From the NCBI GenBank assembly GCA_025459195.1, contig JALORF010000001.1, positions 894 to 64,893 of the forward strand: a DNA stretch of 64,000 nt. The letters run 5' to 3'. A program made the translations under genes and the position numbers. The first letter of the stretch is position 1. Every line of letters begins with the position of its first letter. The notes under the pieces were generated by a model. It did no database searches. It was not told the origin of the DNA and saw nothing but the letters and a program-made list of their open reading frames with translations. This DNA is from Beijerinckiaceae bacterium. Its GTDB lineage: Bacteria; Pseudomonadota; Alphaproteobacteria; Rhizobiales; Beijerinckiaceae. Positions 38,176 to 50,425 of the stretch are shown here, piece after piece.

Positions 38176-38538
38176 GTGCGTCGCATGCTCTGCCTGATTC
38201 TGGCCGCTGTGCTCATGCTGTCTCACGGCAGCATGGCGGCGGCTGTGCCACATTTGCATGCCGCAGTTGACAGCGATCATCATGGCGCAAGCAGCGATGA
38301 TCATCATGCAATTGATGCGCAAATGACGGATGCAGATAGTGGCGGGAGCCAGTCAGGGGACCGTTCGGGCGACGGTCAGGACGTGGCAGCTCATGTGCAT
38401 CTCGTAGCTGGCCTGAGCCGCGTGGTGGCGACCACCGAACAGCCACTCCTCTCTCGCGAGGTAGTGCCGATCTCGCTTGCAATGCGACAGCTTGCCTCCC
38501 GGGCCGTCGCGCCACTGCTGGAGCCCCCTGCCCTCTGA
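38176..38538 (+). CDS. CzcI-like His/Asp-rich leader protein
   Basis: Signal-like N-terminus, PHLHAAVDSDHHGASSDDHH, HVH, C-terminal PLLEPPAL; 56 bp before the TolC-like gene. Confidence 0.7.
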   Translation: MRRMLCLILAAVLMLSHGSMAAAVPHLHAAVDSDHHGASSDDHHAIDAQMTDADSGGSQSGDRSGDGQDVAAHVHLVAGLSRVVATTEQPLLSREVVPISLAMRQLASRAVAPLLEPPAL

Positions 38539-38594
38539 TCCGAGCCCGAAGTGCGGCGCTTGTCGCTGCATGGTGACGATCAGGGAGTAATTGC

Positions 38595-39836
38595 ATGACA
38601 TTGGGATACTGCGTCTCCGCAAGGGCGATGCTGGCTGCCATGGTGACCGTCGCAGCGCCGGCTGTGGCTGAAACCTTGACTCTGGAATCCGCCATTGCGC
38701 GGGCGCTGGCAGCGACACCGCAGCAGGCAGCAGCCGCCGCCAGGCTCAATACGCTTCGCGCTGCCCGCGCCGTAGCTGACACACGCCCGGCGGGATCGGT
38801 CGAGGTGCTGGGTGAAAATTTCGGCTTTGGCGGCCGCGACCTCAACCGCCAGATCCAGATCGGTGCCACTTATAATCGGCCGATCGAGCGCGGCGGCAAA
38901 CGCAGTGCCCGCATCGCTGTGGCCGAAGGCGACATGGCGGTGGCGGCCGCCGAAGCGCTGGTGCAGCGCCTCGACCTCGCCCAGCGGGTGCAGCGCCTAC
39001 ATGTGGAGGTGCAGGCCGCAGAAGCGATGATTGCGCTGGCACGGGAGCGGGTGACGCTCGCCAATCAGGTTGTAAGGGATGCGACGCGGCGGGTGGCGGC
39101 GGCGCGTGATCCGCTGTTTGTCGGCAGCCAGGCCCGCACGCGGCTGGCTGAGGCGCAGGTCGAACTGGAAATGGCCGAGCACGCCCGGGACGCAGCGCTC
39201 GCGCGGTTGACCGCGCTGTGGGGCAGCAGCCCGGCAGGCCTTGCGGTTGCGGCGCAGAATTTTTTGAACGTGGCGGAAGTAGCCGATGGTACCGCAGCAG
39301 CAGCGGCTGATCAGGCGGTATTTGCCGCGCGGCAGCAGCGTGCAGCTGCCAACGAGGCGCTGCAGCGAGCCAATGGCCGCACCGATCCTGTGTGGACTCT
39401 CGGGCCCCGCTACATCGGCACCGGCGATGCCGCACTGGTGGCGGGCATGAAGCTGCCTTTCGGCAACCGCGCCCTCAACCGCGCCAATGCTGATCGCGCC
39501 CGTGCCGAAGCCCGTCAGGTGGACGCCGAAGCCGCAGTCGCCGATTTCGAGCGCCGCCAGCAGATTTTGCTCGCTGCTGAACTGGTGAACGAGTCGGCTC
39601 ATGAAGTGGATGCGATCCGCGACAAGGTGGTACCGATAGCCCAGCGCGCGCTCACCGAAGTGCGTGCCGGCTACAACCGCGGTGGCTTTACCTTTCTCGA
39701 TGTCGCCACGGCGGCAACGGCATTGCACGAAGCGCGGGTGCGGATGCTGCGCGCCGCCGCCCGCCACCATGATGCCAGGGCCACGCTCGACCGTCTCACC
39801 GGGCGCTTCGCCCCGCTTGTCCAGGATGCTCAATGA
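38595..39836 (+). CDS. czcC: Outer-membrane factor of heavy-metal RND system 2
   Basis: Signal peptide, OEP repeats, GYNRGGFTFLDV. Confidence 0.88.
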   Translation: MTLGYCVSARAMLAAMVTVAAPAVAETLTLESAIARALAATPQQAAAAARLNTLRAARAVADTRPAGSVEVLGENFGFGGRDLNRQIQIGATYNRPIERGGKRSARIAVAEGDMAVAAAEALVQRLDLAQRVQRLHVEVQAAEAMIALARERVTLANQVVRDATRRVAAARDPLFVGSQARTRLAEAQVELEMAEHARDAALARLTALWGSSPAGLAVAAQNFLNVAEVADGTAAAAADQAVFAARQQRAAANEALQRANGRTDPVWTLGPRYIGTGDAALVAGMKLPFGNRALNRANADRARAEARQVDAEAAVADFERRQQILLAAELVNESAHEVDAIRDKVVPIAQRALTEVRAGYNRGGFTFLDVATAATALHEARVRMLRAAARHHDARATLDRLTGRFAPLVQDAQ

Positions 39837-41080
39837 TGCGCAATCATACCCTTGTCCTGTGTGCCGTGCTCTCGTTGCCGCTGGTTGCGTGCGGACAGAC
39901 CAGCAGCAGTCCGGAACCGGAAGCCGCCGAAACGGCCGCCGCAGATTATGAACGCGGTCCGCACAACGGCCGCATGCTGCGCGATGGTGATTTTGCGCTG
40001 GAGATCACGGTGTTCGAAGACGGCATTCCGCCCGAATATCGGCTTTACGCCTATTTGGCCGGCAAACCGCTGGCATCGCATGATGTGGCAGCCAGCGTGA
40101 CCATCCAGCGGCTGGATGGGGAGATCACGACCTTCAGCTTCCGCCCCGAACAGGATTATCTGCGCGGCAGCACGATATTGGCAGAACCGCACAGCTTCGA
40201 TGTGACCGCCAGCGCCAGCCATGCCGGCAAGCAACATCGCTGGCGGTTCGCATCTTACGAAGGGCGCACCACAATTGCGCCCGAAGCCGCCAGGGCAGGC
40301 GGCCTTGGACTCGCAGTGGCCGGGCCGGTCGACATTGCCGAGACCTTGGACGTAAACGGCCGCATCGAGCTCGACCCGGCGGCCCGCGCCGAGGTGGGTG
40401 CCAAATACCCCGGCCCGGTCGTGGCCGTGTATCGGAGCGTGGGGGACCGCGTAGCGCGCGGTGCATTACTGGCGCGGGTGGAAAGCAGCTATTCGCTGCA
40501 AACCTATGCCATACATGCGCCAATAGCCGGCGTTGTGGTCGAACGCGCCACCAATGTCGGCGGTGTCGCGGGCACGGATCCGCTTTTCGTCATCGCCGAT
40601 CCTGCACGACTGGTGGCCAGCTTCCCGCTGTTTTCGCGCGATCTTGAGCGGGTGCGGCCGGGCCAGCCCATCCAGATCAAGGCGCTTGACGGGGATCGCA
40701 GCCAATCCGGCACCATCCGCGATTTCCTGCCGCTTGCCGATATCGCCACCCAGAGCGTGACGGCACGCGTCAGCCTCACAACCGCCGGCGCTAACGCGCT
40801 GTGGCGGCCGGGGATGGCGGTGCGCGGCGTGGTGACCGTGGATCGCCGGCGTGTGCCGCTGGCGGTGCGCACCGAGGCCATCCAGCAGTATCGTGATTTT
40901 CGCGTGGTCTTCGCCAAGGTGGGCAACACCTATGAAGTGCGCATGCTGGAGCTGGGCAAAGAAGGACCGGAATGGACCGAGGTGCTCGGCGGTCTGAAGC
41001 CCGGCACCACCTATGCAGCAAAAAATAGCTATCTCATCAAGGCCGACGTCGAGAAATCCGGCGCGAGCCACGACCATTAA
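39833..41080 (+). CDS. czcB: RND periplasmic adaptor with an extra N-terminal domain
   Basis: Lipobox LVAC, ERGPHNGRML..EPHSF domain, IHAPIAGVV, C-terminal KSGASHDH. Confidence 0.9.
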   Translation: MMRNHTLVLCAVLSLPLVACGQTSSSPEPEAAETAAADYERGPHNGRMLRDGDFALEITVFEDGIPPEYRLYAYLAGKPLASHDVAASVTIQRLDGEITTFSFRPEQDYLRGSTILAEPHSFDVTASASHAGKQHRWRFASYEGRTTIAPEAARAGGLGLAVAGPVDIAETLDVNGRIELDPAARAEVGAKYPGPVVAVYRSVGDRVARGALLARVESSYSLQTYAIHAPIAGVVVERATNVGGVAGTDPLFVIADPARLVASFPLFSRDLERVRPGQPIQIKALDGDRSQSGTIRDFLPLADIATQSVTARVSLTTAGANALWRPGMAVRGVVTVDRRRVPLAVRTEAIQQYRDFRVVFAKVGNTYEVRMLELGKEGPEWTEVLGGLKPGTTYAAKNSYLIKADVEKSGASHDH

Positions 41081-41088
41081 GGGATTGA

Positions 41089-44226
<3,138 letters not shown>

Positions 44227-44235
44227 GGAGGCAAG

Positions 44236-44586
44236 ATGCTGCAATTCCTGATCAAGGCGGCGCTGTCAGGCGTGATCGTGGCCATCGTTGCCACAGTCGC
44301 CCGCCGTTACCCCGGCTTCGGCGCGCTCGTGGCCTCGCTGCCGTTGGTCTCGCTGCTCGGCATGATCTGGCTGTGGCAGGACACGCATGACCCGGCCATC
44401 ATGGCCGTCCACGCCCGCGCCACCTTCTGGTTCGTCCTGCCATCACTCCCGATGTTCCTGCTCATTCCGGCGCTGCTGGATCGCGGCTGGTCATTTTGGC
44501 TGGCGCTGCTGACAGGCTGCCTGCTCACCATCCTGCTCTATCTGGGCATGACCTGGGCCGCAGCGCGCTTCGGGCTGCGGCTGTGA
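44236..44586 (+). CDS. DUF3147-like membrane protein
   Basis: IKAALSGVIVA..GALVASLPLVS..TFWFVLPSLPMF; 9 bp after czcA-2. Confidence 0.8.
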   Translation: MLQFLIKAALSGVIVAIVATVARRYPGFGALVASLPLVSLLGMIWLWQDTHDPAIMAVHARATFWFVLPSLPMFLLIPALLDRGWSFWLALLTGCLLTILLYLGMTWAAARFGLRL

Positions 44587-45600
44587 TCTGGCTCGAACGG
44601 CGCAACCGGCCGTTGCGGCGCCGGGCAATTGCAGTTCCAGCTTTGCACCGTCCCGCCATATGAGCCTGCCACCGGCACGTTCCATGATCGTGCCGGCAAT
44701 CGCCAGCCCCAGCCCGGATCCGTTGGACCGTTCGCCCTTGGCAAAACGTTCCTGCATGCGGTCCCGTTCCAGCTCGGCTACCCCCGGGCCTTCATCGGCA
44801 ACACTTATGGTCAGGCCATGATTGCTGGCGGCAAGGGTGATGGTGACCACACCAAGCCCATGGTGCAAGGCATTGCTCACAAGGTTGCGCAGGGCTTCGT
44901 CAAGGTCGGGCGCCATGACATGGGCCGCGACTTCCGCCTCGACCACAATGGACCTGCGCAACCGGTCGGCGAGGGGCAGAAATTCTGCCACGACCGCGCG
45001 GCACAGACGGGCGGCGTCGATCAAGGGGACATTGGTCAAGGCCGGGCGGGCAGCATCGAGCCGGGCCAATGCCAGCAACTGGCTGATCGCCCGCTGCATC
45101 CTGTCGAGATCGGCGGAAAGGCCGGCAAGGTCCATCGCGCCGCCTTCTCGCGTCTGGTCAAGGCGCAGCCTGGCAGTGGCCAGCGGCGTGCGCAGGGCGT
45201 GGGCGGCATCAGCGGCCAGTCGGCGCTCGTTCAGATAGGCTGCTGCAAGCCGGTCGAGCGCCTGATTTGTCGCCAGCACAAACGGCTGGACCTCCTGCGG
45301 CAGCCCGCCCGGATCAAGCCGTACATCCGGCTCATCCGGCCCAATGTGCTGCAACTGCTGAACCGCCTCCGACAGCGGGCGCAGGCTCCAGCCTGCCACC
45401 AAGACGCCCGCCCATGGCGCGATTACGGCAAAGGGCAGCAGCACCAGCAGCAGTTCGGCATATTCGACATGGGCGGGATCGAGTGTGTCACCGGCTTCGA
45501 TTTCCTTGAGTTCGATGGCGACAAAACCCAGCGTGACGATAGCCGCCACCAGGATAATGGCCCCGATCGACAGGCCGATACGGCGACGAAGCGAGCTCAT
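44491..45600 (-). CDS. Sensor histidine kinase
   Basis: Two TM helices, HAMP, H-box AAHALRTPLA, NLVSNA, DEGPG, GSGLGL. Confidence 0.92.
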   Translation of the reverse strand: MSSLRRRIGLSIGAIILVAAIVTLGFVAIELKEIEAGDTLDPAHVEYAELLLVLLPFAVIAPWAGVLVAGWSLRPLSEAVQQLQHIGPDEPDVRLDPGGLPQEVQPFVLATNQALDRLAAAYLNERRLAADAAHALRTPLATARLRLDQTREGGAMDLAGLSADLDRMQRAISQLLALARLDAARPALTNVPLIDAARLCRAVVAEFLPLADRLRRSIVVEAEVAAHVMAPDLDEALRNLVSNALHHGLGVVTITLAASNHGLTISVADEGPGVAELERDRMQERFAKGERSNGSGLGLAIAGTIMERAGGRLIWRDGAKLELQLPGAATAGCAVRARSQPQPEARCGPGHAQIEQDGEQAACQQRQPK

Positions 45601-46268
45601 GACGGCGGCGCTGGCAGCACCAGTCGCCAGCCGATGCCGCGGCGATTTTCGATCAGATAGCCGCCGGGTGCCAGCCGCCGACGCAGGCGGGAAACGATGG
45701 CTTCCAAGGCATTGGGGCTGAACGCTTCATCCAGCGTGTAGAGCCGATCCTGCACCACATCGCGGATCACGACTGCGGGCATCACCTCCAGCAGCAGCCG
45801 CAGCAGCGCAAATTCGCGGCGGCCAAGATCGAGCGGCTCCGGCCCGAGCCAGGCTTGCTGGGCACCGGTGTCCAGCCGAAGTGTGCCGTGGGTCAGAACG
45901 GGCGGTTGCCGCTGGCCGGGGCGCCGCAGCAGGGCGCGCAACCGTGCGGAAACCTCGTCGAGATCATAGGGTTTGACGAGGTAGTCATCGGCGCCGGCGT
46001 CCAGCCCGGCGATGCGATCGTCCAGTTCGCCATAGGCTGTCGCCACCAGCGCCGGCACGCCATGCCGCGCCAGCATCGGCAGCAGGGTCAGGCCTTCACC
46101 ATCGGGCAGACGGCGATCGACAATGGCAACATCAAATCGCGCCACCCCCAGACAATCATGGGCTGCCGCCAGCGTGGCAACAGCATCGACAGCGAAGCCC
46201 CGCCGCCGCAGGCCATTTGCCGCCAGCACGCGCAGGTCCGTCTCGTCCTCGACCAGCAGGATATGCAT
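45597..46268 (-). CDS. OmpR-family response regulator
   Basis: ILLVEDE, IVDRRLPDGEG, GADDYLVKP, winged helix NRRGIGW. Confidence 0.93.
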   Translation of the reverse strand: MHILLVEDETDLRVLAANGLRRRGFAVDAVATLAAAHDCLGVARFDVAIVDRRLPDGEGLTLLPMLARHGVPALVATAYGELDDRIAGLDAGADDYLVKPYDLDEVSARLRALLRRPGQRQPPVLTHGTLRLDTGAQQAWLGPEPLDLGRREFALLRLLLEVMPAVVIRDVVQDRLYTLDEAFSPNALEAIVSRLRRRLAPGGYLIENRRGIGWRLVLPAPPS

Positions 46269-46308
46269 CAGGGCCCTGATAACAGGCGGCACCGGCGGCG
46301 CCCAGAGC

Positions 46309-46324
46309 GTCAGGGTCGCGTCAG
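46309..46324. promoter_or_regulatory. Putative OmpR-family direct-repeat site
   Basis: GTCAG-N6-GTCAG (11-bp period) between the divergent regulator and RND-3. Confidence 0.45.
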
Positions 46325-46346
46325 CCTTCCCTGCTAGTGGAGACGC

Positions 46347-47339
46347 ATGGGATTTCAGACCTCGTTCTCGCAATTCATGCTGCTCGGCACATTCGGTTTG
46401 TCGGCGTGCAGCCCGGCGCCGGCCGCCAAGCCGCAGTCGCCTGCCAAGGTCGAGGCAATCGGGCACGAAACCGAACTGATGCAGCTGACATTGACGCCGG
46501 ACGCGGTGCAGCGCCTCGGCTTGGCAACGCAGGCCGTGCGCATGGCAGCCGGCGCAACCCTGTCGCGGACGGTGCCGGGCGAGATTGTGGCAGCCCCGCG
46601 CGCTGGCGGCTTGCCGGTGGCTGCGGGAAGCGATCTGGCGGCACTGGCCGGGCTGCAGGCCCGCGCCGATGCCGATGTGTCGCGCAGCATGGCCGATCTG
46701 AAACTGGCGCAGGCCAATCTGAACCGCGCCGCCAGCCTCGTGGAAGCCGAAGCCGGCAGCATCCGCGCCCGCGATGAAGCCACTCAGCAGGTTGCTGCAG
46801 CCAGAGCGGCGATGGCCGCAGCGACCCGTCAGCGACAGGCACTGGGCCAGGCCGTGGCCGGCTTGGGCGATGGCGGCACCTTATGGGTGCGCGCACAGGT
46901 GCCGGGCGCCGATCTGGGGCGGATCAACCGTGCTGCCGCCGTGCAGATCAGGCCGGTTGGCAGCAATATCAGCATCATGGCAAGGCCCGTGCGCGGGCCG
47001 GCGACGGCCACACCGGGCGCTGCCAGCGTCGATCTCTATTTTGCGCCGGCCGGCCGGGCCGGCTTGCGTCTGGGGGAGCGCGTGCTGGTCGATCTGGCCG
47101 AGGCGGGCAGCGGCAGGGCCGTAGCGCTGGATGTGCCGGCCGCCGCGATCCTCACCGATATCAACGGCGGCGAGTGGGTCTATGTCGAAACCGCGCCGCG
47201 CCGCTATGAACGGCGGCGGGTGGAAGTAGCCCGCATCACGGCGGGCCGGGCCATGCTGGCCAGAGGTCTGACAGGCCGTGAACGGGTGGTGACCGCCGGC
47301 GCTGCCGAACTGTTCGGCACCGAATTCGGCACCAAGTGA
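46347..47339 (+). CDS. RND periplasmic adaptor (system 3), lipoprotein
   Basis: Lipobox LSAC; C-terminal VPAAAI..VVTAGAAELFG. Confidence 0.88.
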   Translation: MGFQTSFSQFMLLGTFGLSACSPAPAAKPQSPAKVEAIGHETELMQLTLTPDAVQRLGLATQAVRMAAGATLSRTVPGEIVAAPRAGGLPVAAGSDLAALAGLQARADADVSRSMADLKLAQANLNRAASLVEAEAGSIRARDEATQQVAAARAAMAAATRQRQALGQAVAGLGDGGTLWVRAQVPGADLGRINRAAAVQIRPVGSNISIMARPVRGPATATPGAASVDLYFAPAGRAGLRLGERVLVDLAEAGSGRAVALDVPAAAILTDINGGEWVYVETAPRRYERRRVEVARITAGRAMLARGLTGRERVVTAGAAELFGTEFGTK

Positions 47340-50300
47340 TGCTGGCGGCGCTGATCGGATCGTCGCTGCGCCAGCGGGCACTGGTGTTGGCGCTGGCGCT
47401 GGTGCTCACCGTGCTCGGCGTGCGCGCCGCGCTGAATGCCCAGTTCGACGTGTTTCCTGAATTCGCCCCGCCCATTGTGGAGGTGCAGACCGAAGCGCCG
47501 GGGCTGGCCACCGAGGATGTCGAGGCGCTGGTGACGGTGCCCATCGAGACAGCGGTGAACGGCGTGCCGGGCCTGGCCACGCTGCGATCGAAATCCGTGC
47601 TCGGCCTGTCGTCGGTGGTGCTGGTGCTGGACCGCGCTGCCGATCCGATCCGCACCCGGCAGATGGTGCAGGAACGATTGGCGACCGTCACACCAAGATT
47701 GCCGGTGGCGGTGCGGCCGCCGGTGATGCTGGCGCCGTTGTCGGCCACCAGCCGGGCGATGAAGATCGGCCTGTGGTCCGACCGTCTTGACCAGATGACG
47801 ATGACCGAGATGGCACGCTGGACGATCCGCCCGCGCCTGATGGCGGTGCCGGGCGTGGCCAATGTCGCCATGTGGGGCGCGCGTGACCGGCAGTTGCAGG
47901 TGCTGGTCGATCCGGCGCGGCTGGCGGCAGCCGGGGTAACGGTAGCCGATGTGCAGCGGGCGGCGGGCGATGCCGTGGTGATTGCCGGCGGCGGTTTTGT
48001 GGACAGTGCCAACCAGCGGCTGGCGGTGCGGCAGGTGGTTGGTGTGACATCGGCCAGCGATCTGGCCGGCGCCGTGATCCGCAGTGTCGCCAGCGCGCCC
48101 GTGCGCATTGGCGACGTGGCCCAGGTCACCGAAGGCTTTGCCCAGCCGATCGGCAACGCGATCATCAACGGCCGCCCCGGCCTGCTGCTGATCGTGGAAA
48201 AACAGCTGGGGGCCAACACGCTGGAGGTGACGCGCGGCGTGGACAAGGCGCTGGCGGAACTGCGCCCTGGCCTGAAAGGCCTGAACGTCGATGGCAGCAT
48301 CTTCCGGCCCGCCACCTTCATCGAACGCGCGCTGGCCAATCTCGCTGAGGCGATGTGGATCGGCATCACACTGGTGGCAGCGGTGCTGATCCTGTTCACG
48401 CGCAACTGGCGCACCGCGCTGATCAGCATGACCGCAATCCCCTTGTCGCTGGTCGGCGCAGTGCTGGTGCTGACCGCCTTTGGGGTTGGCATGAACACCA
48501 TGGTGTTTGCCGGGCTGGTGATCGCATTGGGCGAGATCGTCGATGATGCCATCATCGACGTCGAAAACATCGGCCGGCGACTTCGGCTGGAAGCGGCGCG
48601 TGAACAGCCGCGCCCGGCGCTGGCCGTGGTGCTGGCCGCCAGCCTGGAGGTGCGCAGCGCCGTGGTGTTCGCCAGCGCCATCGTCATGCTGGTGTTTTTG
48701 CCGGTGTTTTTCCTGGGCGGCGTGTCGGGCAGTTTCTTCCGCCCGCTGGCCACGGCCTATATCGCCGCCATCGGCGCATCGCTGCTGGTGGCGCTCACCG
48801 TCACGCCGGCGATGTGCCTGCTGCTGCTGCCCGGTGCCGCCGAACGGGCGGAGCCGCGATGGGTGGTGGGTTTGCGGCGGCGCTATGGCCGTCTGCTGGC
48901 GGGCCTCGCGCCGCGCAGCGGCATCGCCATCGCCGTGGTGGCCGGCGGCATATTGCTGTCCGTCGCCGGCATCGGGCTGCTGCGTCAGCAGTTCCTGCCG
49001 GATTTCCGCGAAACCGATTTCCTGATGCACTTCGTCGAAAAGCCCGGCACAGGCATCGACGCGATGGACCGGATCACCATCCGCGCCTCCAGGGAACTCA
49101 CCGCGATCCCCGGTGTGCGCAATTTCGGCTCGCACATCGGCCGGGCCGAACAGGGCGATGAGGTCTATGGCCCCAACTTTACCGAACTGTGGATCAGTCT
49201 GGATGAAAGCGCCGATTACGACGCCACGGTGAAGCGCGTCGAAACCGCCATCGCCGGTTATCCCGGCCTGCAGCGCGATGTGCTCACCTATCTGCGAGAG
49301 CGCATCAAGGAAGTGCTCACCGGCGCCGGCGCCACCGTCGTGGTTCGGCTCTACGGGCCCGATCTGGCGCAGCTGCGCAGCCTGGCCGAACATGTGCGCG
49401 CCGGGCTGGACGGCACCGACGGCATCAAGGATCTGAAGGTGGAGCAGCAGAGCCTGATTCCGCAAATCCAGGTCATGCCGCGCCCTGATGCGCTGGCGCT
49501 GGCCGGCGTGACGGCCGGCGATGTGCGCCGGACGGCGGCCACGCTGATTGGCGGCACGCGGGTGGGCGAAATCTATCGCGACCAGAAAAGCTTTGAAGTG
49601 GCGGTTTGGGCCGTGCCGGCTGTGCGCAGCGATCTGGGTGCGCTCAGGCGGCTGATCGTGCCGGGGCCGGCGCCGGCCCCCGGCCAGGCAGGATCGGTGC
49701 TGCGTCTGGGCGATCTGGCGCGGGTGGCCGTGGTGCCGGCCGCCAACGAGATCAAGCGCGAAGCCGGGTCGCGCCGCATCGACGTAACGATGAATATCAC
49801 CGACGGTGCCGATCTGGGTAGCGTCGCGCAGGCAGTGGAAGCCAGGGTGCAGGCGATGGCCATGCCCGCCGGATATTATCCGCAGTTCCTGGGTGAATGG
49901 CAGGCCCTGCAGGAATCGCAGCGGCAGCTGGGCCTGCTCTCGCTGGCTTGCCTCGTCGGCATATTGTTCCTTGTGTGGCTGGAATTCCGGTCGGGCCGCA
50001 TCGTTGGCCTGGTCGCGCTCAGCCTGCCGTTTGCGCTGGTCGGCGGGGTCGTCGCCGCGGCGCTGGGCGGCGGGGTGCTGTCGATGGGGGCGCTGGTCGG
50101 CTTTGTCACCGTGCTCGGCATCTCGGCGCGCAACGGCATCATGCTCTTGAGCCATTTCCGCCATCTGGAGTACGATGAAGGCGAGGCGTTCGGCTTCCCA
50201 CTGGTGCAGCGCGGCGCTGCCGAGCGGCTGGTGCCGATCCTGATGACGGCGGGCACGGCGGCGCTGGCCCTGCTGCCGCTGGTGGTGCGCGGCAATGTGC

Positions 50301-50425
50301 CTGGGCATGAGATCGAATATCCGATGGCGCTGGTCATCCTGGGCGGCTTGTTCAGTTCCACCATGCTCAACCTGCTGTGGATGCCCGCACTCTACCTGCG
50401 GTTCGGCAAGGAGCAGCGGCCATGA
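47336..50425 (+). CDS. RND permease (system 3), CusA/CzcA-related
   Basis: FDVFPEFAPPIVEVQTEAPG, GEIVDDAIIDVEN, RLVPILMTA. Confidence 0.92.
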   Translation: MMLAALIGSSLRQRALVLALALVLTVLGVRAALNAQFDVFPEFAPPIVEVQTEAPGLATEDVEALVTVPIETAVNGVPGLATLRSKSVLGLSSVVLVLDRAADPIRTRQMVQERLATVTPRLPVAVRPPVMLAPLSATSRAMKIGLWSDRLDQMTMTEMARWTIRPRLMAVPGVANVAMWGARDRQLQVLVDPARLAAAGVTVADVQRAAGDAVVIAGGGFVDSANQRLAVRQVVGVTSASDLAGAVIRSVASAPVRIGDVAQVTEGFAQPIGNAIINGRPGLLLIVEKQLGANTLEVTRGVDKALAELRPGLKGLNVDGSIFRPATFIERALANLAEAMWIGITLVAAVLILFTRNWRTALISMTAIPLSLVGAVLVLTAFGVGMNTMVFAGLVIALGEIVDDAIIDVENIGRRLRLEAAREQPRPALAVVLAASLEVRSAVVFASAIVMLVFLPVFFLGGVSGSFFRPLATAYIAAIGASLLVALTVTPAMCLLLLPGAAERAEPRWVVGLRRRYGRLLAGLAPRSGIAIAVVAGGILLSVAGIGLLRQQFLPDFRETDFLMHFVEKPGTGIDAMDRITIRASRELTAIPGVRNFGSHIGRAEQGDEVYGPNFTELWISLDESADYDATVKRVETAIAGYPGLQRDVLTYLRERIKEVLTGAGATVVVRLYGPDLAQLRSLAEHVRAGLDGTDGIKDLKVEQQSLIPQIQVMPRPDALALAGVTAGDVRRTAATLIGGTRVGEIYRDQKSFEVAVWAVPAVRSDLGALRRLIVPGPAPAPGQAGSVLRLGDLARVAVVPAANEIKREAGSRRIDVTMNITDGADLGSVAQAVEARVQAMAMPAGYYPQFLGEWQALQESQRQLGLLSLACLVGILFLVWLEFRSGRIVGLVALSLPFALVGGVVAAALGGGVLSMGALVGFVTVLGISARNGIMLLSHFRHLEYDEGEAFGFPLVQRGAAERLVPILMTAGTAALALLPLVVRGNVPGHEIEYPMALVILGGLFSSTMLNLLWMPALYLRFGKEQRP

